Assembly (NCBI GenBank): GCA_052327205.1
Contig: CM126205.1
Span: forward strand, 245,582,001 to 245,646,000
Source of the DNA: Somniosus microcephalus
Taxonomy: Eukaryota
Direction: 5' to 3'
Length of the DNA: 64,000 nucleotides
Below, piece by piece: positions 1-11,722 of this stretch (positions are counted from its first letter, which is position 1; every line of letters starts with the position of its first letter). The notes beneath the pieces are model-generated. The model saw nothing but the letters and a program-made list of their open reading frames with translations, made no database searches and was not told the DNA's origin. The position numbers were made by a program, and so were the translations under genes.

Positions 1-3000
1 ATATTTAATATATTTAAAAATACGGATATACTGAGTTCCTAGAAATTCACAAATTGTTTTCCTTGACCGACAATAACATTAATTGAGAAATAATTTATAC
101 AGGCTGCTGCAATAACTTTAGCCCGCAATATATTTCTGAAGCGCATAAATCAAAGAAGACTGCAGCCTGACGATAAGCTAGAGACAACAAATTAATGTGA
201 TTTACGATCTAAGTTTGCTAGTGACAGTTTGAAAAGTTCCCTGGGTTTCTATGCCTTTTTATTTCGTTTTCCTTTTACATAAAACCGCAGAATCAGCTAA
301 AATACAGCCACAAGACAAATCTGGGACTGCTCTGGTTTGTCTGATCTAACCTTTCTCAAATTGCGCACTTTCGTGAAACAGCAAGATGTTCTTTATAAAT
401 CGCCATTCTTTGCTACAAAATCATTTTTCTGATCTGCTGCTGAAATGGAAACAATACACTAGTTTGTATCAGAATTTCATACAATTTGGCATGAAAAATA
501 TGCTCTCTTGCTGAAGGCATTATGCAAACCTACTGCTAAAGGTTGCATTTTATCATACGATTGCTTACCTGTGTGTCAATTTATCATAAATCTGTGCTTC
601 TCAAACTCAATCTCTTAGCCTGCAGCTGCGAATAATATCCTCTGCCGTTTGTCTGCAGACAATGCTGTCTTAAACCAGATCTTGCGGTTTTACAGACATT
701 TCGATACCAAATGCAGACGGTATTCCCGATAGAAATGGCTTCAGTCTCAGGGATAACTACCAATAAAAACGGCGTACAGAGATGCTTTAGCTTTAAATCT
801 AAATCGAGACTTTATAATCGAACATCCAACGAGGAAGTGGTATTTATAAACCGGTAGGTATTCCTTTAAAAAGTTGCAATTTATGAATTTTATAGTGCAA
901 CGGATACCTTTTATAATCAGAAAATATAGGCGCTGCCTTAAGATACAGGCATATTTGTTCACGTGATCTGTGTTACCAGATTGTTCTGATTGAGCCAGTA
1001 AGTTGAGCCAGCGCTACCTCACTAACATCTCTTTAATATGGATTGTTTGGGGCTTTGAGTCACTTCTTACATTAACACTAATGGGGAGCTGAGTGAAAAT
1101 TAAATATTCTGTGCTGTACTTGAAAAAGCATTGTGAGATTAGACTTCACTGGTACCGGCTTTCAGAACAGTACCACGTTTACTAATCTGAACAATAGATT
1201 TGTATTTTATTGCTATTTCACAGCTTCTAGGGTTGTATATTGTATATCATCATTCCTCGCGGTGTGTTGAGTTAATTATTACACTCATTTATTTAATAAA
1301 ACTAAAGAAGTATTATTTTTGTAGAATCAGATTTGTAGATATGTATAACTAAGGCGACGAATTTATATAAAATACTTAATTCGGTTTAAAATATTTTAGT
1401 ATTTTCCAAACCAGATATATCAATTGGCCTCAAAACCAACACAAAAGCTTCGAATAAAACGACGAATTCTGCATTGGAACAACAACAAGCATATATTTAG
1501 GTTAAATATTGTGGAGTGATCACATTAAAATACGCGAATGAATTGGACTTTTTCTTTATCCTGATTAGAATTTGAACCAGTTGAGAGGCGCCGTTAGAAA
1601 TATAGAATTCTGCAACAGATAAGACTTCCGTGAAACTCAATCTCCCCTCTTTTCTGGGATGGCAAATTAATCATCGTTCGTAACTGTAGTTTTATGTAGT
1701 GAAATTGATGTCTGTGTGCTAGGAATTCATGTGGGATTTTCCCTTTCTCTTTCAGGTGAAGCAATTTAAATCACAGGAACCAGTGGCAACTTCTAGTTAT
1801 ACAAATGTATCACAAAACCGGGCGTTGGATATTGGTTCATTCTGTCTCCGTTCTTATTTTGTTTTTTCCCGCAATTGCTTTGTTGAAATACGACGTTTTT
1901 AGTTATGGAAAATTAATTTTCAGTTGCATTCTATCGAATTGCTTAATATTTCTGTAAAATGCTACTTCAAACTGTTTTTAATATCTGAAACATTTGTCTG
2001 TAATTTAATAGCAATAAAAAACATTTCTATTGACAGTAATGCATGACCTTATTGCACCTAGCGCTGGCTTAATGCAACATTTATCTAAATTACTTTACCC
2101 TTTGTGGCTCTGTATGGTCGTTATAGAAATATTGCTTTGCAATTACTGCATTATAAATTATTTAAAAAAACAGTTACATCTCACTGTTCAGCTAAAGCAT
2201 TACGTTCGTTCAAAAACTATGTTGAGTAAGTTCGAATCTCTGCCTACTGATGATTGTGTTATGGGATTTTGTAAAGAGAATAAATCTTTTGTGTGGTTTA
2301 ATGTATCCATATTTGTGACTTTGAAGTAGTTCCTGTTAAAATATTGTTGATCCCAAAAGTGTAAATATACCATTTTATTACGGCAAGTTATGCCTTCGCT
2401 GATAATTTTATGAGGAGTGTAAGATGAAGCAACTACGTGCTAATGCTTGCCACTGTGGGAACTCGGCTTTACGGGGAATATAATCAAATAGGGATCCGAA
2501 GACGTCTTCGACCGCAGCATATGTTCATAGAGCAATAAAAGGGAGAGATTTACAATCTTCGCCTGGCCTCGGCAGCCTTGCACCCTTTCAGGAATTACTA
2601 GTAGTGATTTATAGCAGGGTTGGAAATTGTTGACCCCCCACACCATAATACTTTATTTCGATTTAATGAAAAAGTTGTAATTAAAGCGTTTTCATTGATT
2701 CTTGTCTGCCTGGTTCTTTGCTGGATTAGAATTTAACGGTAGATGATACTGAGTTGAAGTGAGAGTCGGAAAAATAGCAACTTGGCGCCACAACCGCAGC
2801 TTTGTCATCAGTAAAACAGCGCTGCATTTGTCATCGGCGAATAACTGAATTAATAGGTTATTGTTTTAATGCATAATTTATTAAAAAAGGAAACGAACGT
2901 CGACTTTACACACGTGACGACAGCACATATTCAATTTCCAGAAGTGTTCTGTGACAAAAGCAACGGAAGCAATAAATGCCGAGGTTCATATTGTAAAATA

Positions 3001-4860
3001 TCTCCAACCAACTTAATAAAATCCTTTTTCAAAGACATCTGTATTTACCACAGTAATTTATACAGTTTAATTACACCTTTAGAGAGAGGTTTAGGAACAG
3101 AGCTGTCATGATATGCCACTAAAACCCTACACTGTAATTTACAGTTATTGAAGAATATTTATTGGTTTATAATGCTATTACACTCTTTGCTACTTCAATT
3201 ATGATGCTTTTGGAATGCAGAGTCCTCACCCTTTTCTTTACAATAAGGTTTTACATTCCTGTTCAATGTTACAAATGAAAATGTTTACTGACCATTTGCT
3301 TTTAATTTTTGCCCTAATAATAAAACTTTTGCACATCACTGTAAAAATGCCAATAATAAAGAGCCAGATCATGCTTGCACTTTACTGCATTGTGTTATCT
3401 ATAATGTATATGTGAGGCATTCTTTAATACGGTTCCCTAGTATTGTCGCACTAACATAGATTCAGCAAATCAGAATTGTGTCATTTCATTACCTTATAAA
3501 ATGTACCAATAGTGAAAATACAGCGTGTTCTTGTTCTGGGCACCAATCTCTAGCATGTATTCTTTAAATGAGTCAAACACACACTTCTAGTTATGTGGAT
3601 ACTCATTTAACCGACTACTGTAGGAAATAAATACTCATTTACTGTAAAAAAAAACTCTGTAGGTTCAAAGGAGTCATTTATTCCATCTTTTAAAGCAAAA
3701 CATCGACTAAAAAAATAAAGCACCAAACGCCCATGAATATATTTTCTGTATACGTAAGTACCTGCAATTGTTCTGCGTGAATCTCATTTACAGACTTTCC
3801 ATTACGTCTCAAAGAAAACAAAATATATGACTCGTGGTATTCAACATAAGCTCAGGCCTCTATTTCGCTGTGTGCAAATAGGCAGCAGATGCCATGACAG
3901 CCGGCATTGTTTGCAATAAAGCACAACTAAACCGTAAAATCTACGCCATTTCATGACACACAACTACGCCTTAATAATAATCCCATCGCAGTCTTACTAA
4001 CGTTTACCCCCCACCTCCAAAATGCAGCCGGTACAATTTTTTTGCAGCTGAAGTTTATCATAGTTGCTCCAAAATGTTAAAGCTAATCCGAAAAGAAGGT
4101 CAGTATATCTGCCTACTACAACTTATGACTGTCGCCTGGTAGCACATAGTAAGAAGCAAAGGGCGCTATTCATCAAATATATATGACAGTTACATTCATT
4201 TGCTATCTTACCAGAAACAAAACTAAAATTGTTTACCTACCAAGCTTCCATTTTTCAGTTTCTGGCAACGAACTACAACAGCAAAGTGTGATAGCGGACC
4301 ATTTGTATATAATATTCTTGGGATCTGTTCACTTTTCAAGTGTGATAGAGTCCTTTGCTTGGCCGATTAATGACGACGCCGTGTTTCTTTCGGGACGTAC
4401 TGCATTAATTATTTAGTAAATCACGTGGCCGAATCAAATATAAAAGGATACATAGAATCTCACCACCTCTTCTGGACATAATCATAAAATGTAAAAGTCT
4501 TTATCATTTGAGAAATATTAGGTTGGTAAATATGTTTTAAAATTCTAAAGGGGAAAGACTAACAAATATGGCTGTTTAGAAGCGTTGGGCTGCATCAGCT
4601 TTTGTCCCACTTTGAATGACCAGCCTATGGCATGGTCGTATTGACTCTTTGCCTTCCTTTCAGCTGTTTCTCTTTCCAGACTAGAAGCGAAGTAACGGGG
4701 CGATATATATACAAGAATAAAAAGACAGTGAACATTACTCGTTTAAGTTTAAGTTTGTTAAAACCCATTCAATTAAACCAAATATTAAGATTGTTTCATA
4801 TTTAAGAAGGTCAAATAATTAAAGGTGGGACATTTTATGTATGTATTAACCCCTTGGATG

Positions 4861-5040
4861 CGCATAGACATAATTACATGCGTGTACAGTAAGTACACAT
4901 ATACATTATCGCATACACACATTATGTATATATAAACACTCATACATACATACATCTATACATATATACGAGCACATCCACACGTATACACATGCATACA
5001 CACATATGTACATATATGCATACACACAAAAACATGCGGG
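4861..5040. repeat. Degenerate purine-pyrimidine (CA/TA)n low-complexity tract
   Basis: Runs such as catacatacatacatctatacatatatac and acacatatgtacatatatgcatacacac are visible directly. Confidence 0.8.
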
Positions 5041-6607
5041 TATAGAAAAAATACTTCTATGCATACAAACTGTGCACAGCTAGATATAGGGTTATATGTG
5101 GTTGTGGGAGCTGTGCTATGCGGCCATAGATATAAATATGCAAGTTGATTGATTGTGATTGAGATCATATGTGACGTTATGAATTTTGAATGATATAACA
5201 GTTCAGAAATCATGATGTTGTTGACTTTTATGTTCTATAGTTCTCATGTTTGTGTATTCGATATTTATATGACAAATGATATAGTGAAAGAACCTGAAAA
5301 TAATTAAGCTTCTAAATTTAAAACATTTGAATTATAAATTGTAACCAGTGCCTACACTAATACGTGTGGCTGCATAGGTTAAATATTGATAAATTACTTG
5401 GCTAAATGAATGTGAGACGTTATCAATTGACCTTGGTGGTAACTGCGGTTAAAAGTAGGCTGCTTTTCAAGGAGATAGGTGTTGCACAAAAGTCAAAGTC
5501 AGATACTGCTTGCAGCCTCTTTTAACATATATATGTTCACACAATTTAGATTGTATCTTAGAAAAGACAGCACATGCTGCTGATTAATTATTACTTATTC
5601 TAGTTGTTTGCGTACATTGGGTCTCAGTTTCAGATTTAGACTGCTTTACGAAAATATTTAAAAAGTTCGTTTAGTTTCACTTTTTCTGCGTAGTCATAAA
5701 ACAAAAAGGGGGCTCCATTGTACTCAACCTTCATAGAAGACGATGCAGATTTTTTTAGGGGGTGGGGTGGTTATGAGTTATAGCTTAGCATTAACACGGG
5801 CCAGACCGAAACACCTACACAATAGGGTGCTGTGTCCACTCGGTGTCGAAATGTGTCTTCTTTAATTAAAAAATGAATAATGACGAAATTATGCGGACTT
5901 TATCCATAATATGGATGCAACGGTGCTTGAGAATAGAATTATTTACAACTGCAAAACTCGAAATCTTTTATTTTGGAATATTCATTGTTTTGTTGGGTAT
6001 TTTACCATCGAATTTCGGTGGCATGAATAGGTTTCAATTCTGGATTGATAAACAACATGTATTATTATTCTATACAAACGTCAACCGTTGTAACATGATT
6101 TCGAGTATTTTAAGCATATAAATAAATGTGGCAAAACTATATTTTATGGCCAATTTGTGCAGAAAGAATTTAGTGGGGATCTTAATGCAAATGTTGAAAG
6201 ATGAATGCCTGTGAGTGTTTCTGAACGTTTCCTTTATTCAAGCAGCAAAGAAAGGGAAGCGGGAGCACATTGAGTTGAAAATGAGCAAAGTTTGAAGCCG
6301 AGTAAATCAACAACTTCTATGTTCTGTCATCAGAGATAAAGTGTAAAAGTGCGGGGACCGGGGAAAAGTGGAGCTTGGTGACGCCACGCATTCTACAAAA
6401 ATCCGCATCTCTTGCAAATGGATGCAGAAGTTGCCACATGCAGAAATTGGAGTAGTTCATACGTGAGAACCTATTTCAACTGGCTTTAACTAGATGGTGT
6501 CTGTGTTAAAACACATAGAAAAGGCGAAGGGTAGGATTTAGTCCAAAAGGTCAAGGGTTTAGAGGTCAGTCCTCCAGGCTGAAATACAGCTAATCGAATA
6601 GAAAATT

Positions 6608-6624
6608 TGTCCTCTTGGTGAACC
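6608..6624 (-). promoter_or_regulatory. HoxD4 3' neural-enhancer DR5 RARE (GGTTCA ccaag AGGACA)
   Basis: Two half-sites with a 5-nt spacer, ~2.5 kb downstream of the HoxD4 stop. Matches the recalled mammalian Hoxd4 3' RARE (GGTTCA cccag AGGACA) in half-sites and position. Confidence 0.8.
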
Positions 6625-9113
6625 TGTTTCTACAGTTTAGCCGAACTTCAGTAAAATACCTTTTCAGCTTCTCAACATGAAGGCGTCAGAAAAGGACATC
6701 TTTGCTACGCGTGAACCTTAGCGTTTTGTACTGGAGACAATGATTTAAATGGTATAGAGAATATCACTCATTTATAATATCAAGACGTGGATATATTATA
6801 GTAATGTCATGTGCAAGTCTGAGAACTACATGGCTTACCCTATAAAGAACAAAGAATCGTGGAATTCGCCTTTTCAAACAGACCATGTCCAGCTAAGCCA
6901 GCTGCAAGCTTGCAGGGCAGGGAAGGGACAGGAAAAAGAGCTGCACCGCCAACTTACTTTTGTTACTGAATGCTGCAAAAACGGGTTGAACATCGAAATT
7001 CCTGGGAAATAAATTTTCTTAACTTCTTGTATCTTGACGGGATGTTGGCATTGCCATCTAAATTGCTGTGTGATTGCAAATAATGATTTCCTGAGTGTTG
7101 GTTTGGCTCGGTTTCCTTTTAGTGGATTAGATAGAACATTAACACGAACCCCTCCGGACTTTTTCCCTTTGCATTCATTTTCTACCAATAGCTTTAATTA
7201 TTTTGAGGCAATATTTTGGATACACGTCATCTTTTTATAAAACTCTAATTTTGCAGGTGAAAGAAATAAAACGGCCTAAATTTAATACTCCTATTTAGTT
7301 CGTGGTTTTAAAAATGCGTGGGCCGATAACCGTCAATTGTAATCACACAATTAAATACAACATCGTTCCCCAATCTTTGCTTTCATGTCTATCATAAATT
7401 AGGGGAAAGCGCTTCATGGTGAGGAGGCTGTACTTCCAAAGATTGGCTATTTCCTCAAAAAACGCACATTAAATGAACCCAGAAAGGCTTTGTGAGAATT
7501 ACATTTATAATTATATATTTAGTTTATGGGGTTAACAGTATCATGGAAACAGTAAGTCGGTATGTTGTAATATCTATTTAGCTCTTCCTTTGTAACACAA
7601 CGGGGACTTTATTCCGTTTAAAACATCTGGATATCCTGCAATGAATGACCGTTTTAAAGCTTTGCATAAAGGAACTGAGTGCGAAATCTCCATTACATAC
7701 CAATGTGCCACTGATTGATATCGTGAGAATGTTGGCACAGCACATAGAATCTTGTATTTCAGGAAGTTCTGACTCGTTTTGTCTGGTTGTAACATAACAT
7801 TAGCTTCCTTAAAACTGCCAGAAACAAGAATCTTCAGCAATTTGTGTTTAGGTGTAAATTACCTAATTGAAGAGACTCTCGGCTATTGTCCTTGCCCCTC
7901 TAAATCAACCACCAGTGTGTCTTTACAGATTAATAGGTTGGAAAAACGAAAAGGGCTCTTCACAAAACAAAATATACACTGTGTAGACCGTTTTCTGTTT
8001 CTAAACTGTGCACCGTGTCGTATTGTTGTTCGCTCATCCGTTCTGGAAAAAATCGAAAGGAAACACATTCCCACTTGTAATACTAAACGTTCACAGATTG
8101 GTGTAACCAGCTTACTCATTTATCAACCAACAAACCGAGAAACAGAGTTTAACAAGCGCCCTGAACACAAAGTACTTTTGCAATATTCCACTAAGCACAT
8201 TTCTCTTTCAGAAATCTTGCTTTAGACAACGTCGGTTGCTGTCTTCGGATATTTGATATTGAACAGCAGATCACTGGATTTTTGGAAATTTGCATTCTTA
8301 CAGAAAACGATGATATGTAGGGTCTCTTTTCATGGCATTTGTTCACGACAGCATCGCAACATGAGCTGTAGTCATATATAAGAATATACATACCAGATAC
8401 CAAAAAGGAAAACTACTCACGCTATTCAGCTTGTTACTACTAAATTTATTTTTGAACTTTAGTAGTGCGCACGAATTTTGGTATCGTTCTTGAACATAAA
8501 AACGAATGCAATCTTGCATTGTAGACTTGTAACAATAATCCATCCAGCAGCACAATTACAAATACCATTTTCTCATTTTAAATAAAGAAACCACAAAACA
8601 CTGTCTAATTCCTGATCACTATAAATCTCGAATATCAACACAATATACACAAAGAGATGGAATCGCAAAAATACACATTACAAGCAAAAATAGTTGTGGA
8701 AATAAGAAATCCCCACAACAAATCACTCAGCCTTCATTATAAAATAAAAAGACCATGAACAAGCGTCGCAGCCTTTCATTTTCATGCTAGCAGACTACAC
8801 ATGTACCTGGAGTGTACACCTCACCATGTCTTCACGACTTAGTGCCTCGTACTTGTTAAGGTTACTAAGGTGTGCTGTATGGTAAGAATAGCCACTGACT
8901 AGATTTGCAATCGTTTCAGCTGCAGCTAAGGTGACTTACTCCTTTTTGTTTCATTTCCTACATTTAAGAACAAGGTGACGGCATAAGATAAGGTCCCTTC
9001 AATGCCATGAAAAATCAGCAGGAAAGCACCTACAAGCCATGTTATCGGTACATGCAATTTCTGCCTGGAAATGTCTCATTATATACACTTAAAGAGCCAC
9101 ATAAGATTTCCTT

Positions 9114-9421
9114 CTATAAACTTGTGAGGTCTGTTTGTTGGTCCTTGGAAACAGTTTGTGACTGTTGATTGGAAGCAGAAGAACTAGACGATCTGGTCTT
9201 AGTGTTGGGCAGTTTGTGATCTTTTTTCCACTTCATTCTTCTGTTCTGAAACCAAATTTTGATCTGGCGTTCGGAAAGACATAAAGTGTGGGCTATTTCA
9301 ATACGACGTCGTCTTGTCAGATACCTGTTAAAATGGAATTCCTTTTCCAGTTCTAAAACCTGCTGCCTTGTGTAGGCAGTTCGTGAACGTTTTGGTTCCC
9401 CTCCAGTGTAATTAGGATTCA
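9114..9421 (-). CDS. HoxD4: Homeobox protein Hox-D4, coding exon 2 (homeodomain)
   Basis: Acceptor TTTTCAG|TG at 9422/9421. Reads [75 protein letters not shown]...DLTSL*. Spliced CDS is 720 nt, 239 aa. Confidence 0.97.
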
Positions 9422-9678
9422 CTGAAAAACAAAACAATTCAAAAACCATTCAAATCTGAACCTAAAGTTTGTCAGCCGTTTCCACTGTGCAGCCCTAAAA
9501 GCAACGTCTGCTGTTACACTGCACTGTAACAGTACCCCTGGTAAGAAGTTCAAATATATATTATTACTAAGGACCACTTTAAAGTTCTTTCCGAATCGGA
9601 GATATAACATGTCCCTGTTACTCTCAGGCTCGAGTTTTCACATGGAGCCAGCCACATGGCCAGCGGCCTATTTCCTCA

Positions 9679-9709
9679 GCAATAAAAATTTATGATGGGT
9701 GTAATTGCC
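9679..9709 (-). promoter_or_regulatory. Hox4 intron HB-1-type element (clustered homeodomain/Cdx sites)
   Basis: Minus strand reads GGCAATTACACCCATCATAAATTTTTATTGC inside the HoxD4 intron, resembling the conserved paralog-group-4 intronic HB-1 element. Confidence 0.7.
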
Positions 9710-9842
9710 GGTCTTTTTAAAAACCGCTCATAAATCCTCCTTTGAAGGAGTTATTTACGGTAGACCGATACCAATGGGTCACAAATATTTGCCAGGGGTG
9801 GCGATGCAGGGGGGTGGGGGGACACCAAAAAGTGGACCTTAC

Positions 9843-10254
9843 CCGTGTTAACGTGGATTTTCTTCATCCAAGGATAAACCACTGCTGGCTGTTTGGTTGC
9901 TGTGCCGTTTTGGTTCTTTGCATTATGTTGCTGCTGGCTGCAAGGCCGGGCTATGGACACTTGGAGCGGTGCAACGGGCTCCCCCTGCCCTGTGAGGTGG
10001 TTCTCAGGAGCGGGCTGTGCCTGCACATGACCCCTCTGCTGCACTGGAGAGCCCCGAGCGTTGCTGCAGCTGTACGACTGGCCGCTGTAGTTTGACCGTG
10101 GATAGATTCCTTGGTGCTGAAAATCGGAGTCCTGCGACTGGCTGTAATACTCTGAGCATTGGTCAGGTATGTAGTTATTTTGCGAGTATTCCTCGCAAGG
10201 AGGAAATTTGGGATCCACATATTTAGAGTTCATCAAATACGAACTCATGGTCAT
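9843..10254 (-). CDS. HoxD4: Homeobox protein Hox-D4, coding exon 1
   Basis: ATG at 10254, [23 protein letters not shown] (D4-type N-terminus), hexapeptide [10 protein letters not shown], donor ACGG|GTAAG at 9843/9842, phase 1. Confidence 0.97.
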
Positions 10255-10400
10255 TAATTTCTGAAGGTGGAAAATACTAATTTTTCTCGAGTTGTCTTTT
10301 TTCCCGTTCCATAAAGCCCTCCTACTTGCTGTCAACTGAATAAAGTTAGTCACCCATGTGACTGTACGAGCCAATGGCAGGGTCGGGCCCGATTCCCGGA
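10255..10400 (-). promoter_or_regulatory. Conserved Hox4 proximal promoter / 5' leader
   Basis: CCAAT (10371-10375) and E-box CATGTG (10355-10360), then the PG4-typical leader ...TTGACAGCAAGTAGGAGGGCTTTATGG...CAGAAATTAATG. Confidence 0.7.
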
Positions 10401-11627
10401 TAAGGAAACAGCTAATGACAATTTTTTACAAACTTCGTCCAGAAAACCATGATTTAAAAAATAAAATAAAAACGGCAACGTCTTTAATTTTTTCCAGAGG
10501 TCACTAAATATTCGAATTAGTTTCCGGAAAATGAGTATAATAGCGGTTTCCATTTGGAGAGAATAATGATCACTCACTGAGCGCTCGAATATTGCCCAGG
10601 TAATTTGCTCTTTTGTCCAAAGAGAATTTTCCACCATTCCTTGCCGCTTTTCACATAAATCAAGGCTAGAGAAGGCATTCGGCCTGTTTGTATGTTTTTG
10701 TTGTTGTTTTCGCCCGAGAGCAGTATGACAATAGCGAGGGTACTTGGAGAGACGGCTGGCAATCCAACGTACGCAGGGTGACAAAGGAAGTATCCCGTTA
10801 GCCACAAAAAGGAATAACGGAGCTGAGGAAAATAATTACAGCCATTACAGATGCAGAAAGGTCTTTTGGACAAAGTTATTCAAAGGCAAACATGGTCTAC
10901 TCCCGATAAAGTCAGAACAAGGCATTCAGGGTCACACAGAGCACTTTACACGTGTTGCTTAAGGACATTGTAAGGTCAAAAATACTTTGCTCTGAAAGTT
11001 CAATAATTTGGAAGAGTAGAATATAAGTTTTATATCTGTTGGCCTTGCCTCTCATTTGCAAACGTTTATGTTCCAATCTCTTCACAATTCGTTTTCCTCT
11101 TCTCAGATCTTACCACCTATTATCTCTTTAAACTAACGCAATAACGCATTTCTAACTCTTTTATCTGTAACATGTACAATTCGGTTTGTAAGTTTCGAGC
11201 AAAGACGTTATCTAGTTCGATTTAATTCAGAAGCAACGTAAGTTGGTCAAACGCGGTACAAAACCGTAAGCCAATCTTTGTAGATAATTTATCGCCATCG
11301 CCATGGAAACAGGCAGCATTCAGAAAGAAATACTTAAGTTTCAGTAATCTTATATTTCCGGAGAGTAAATCCAGAAGTTTCGAAACGACTACATTCTCAC
11401 TACTGCTCAGTAAATCAACACGTTAAGCATCATATTTAGATTGCAAAGGATAGCTGAAATAAGCCATTCAATTCTGAGCGGCGGGATTTAAAAGTCTTCT
11501 GCTCAATAATGAAGACTGGATTCAAAATAAAAACAGGCCATTCCTCAGCAAATCATTGAGTGTTACTTAGAACTAAATCAGTCTAAGCTGTAAAAGCCAC
11601 GAAGAGCAAATTGCTGATTTTCGTAGT

Positions 11628-11722
11628 GTTGGCATCGACCATATACTCCCCTAGAAACGAATCTGTGACCGAATCATCACACAAATTCGGTTCTACAGGG
11701 TATATATAGACGACGGGTTACA
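11628..11722 (-). ncRNA. mir-10b: microRNA miR-10b precursor hairpin
   Basis: Mature 5p UACCCUGUAGAACCGAAUUUGUG at 11680-11702, identical to miR-10b. Star arm ACAGAUUCGUUUCUAGGGGAGU at 11645-11666. Canonical position just upstream of Hox4. Confidence 0.97.

Noticed and set aside
7779-8225. 148-aa plus-strand ORF
   Set aside because: No recognisable domain, and it lies antisense to the HoxD4 3' region. Consistent with chance.
9751-10374. ORF-track boundaries for Hox exon 1 (also D5, D8, D9, D10, D11)
   Set aside because: The track uses upstream, mostly non-ATG starts and reads into introns. Coordinates were corrected to the conserved ATGs and GT donors.
10350-10873. 151-aa and 99-aa ORFs upstream of HoxD4
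   Set aside because: They overlap promoter/leader DNA and show no recognisable homology.
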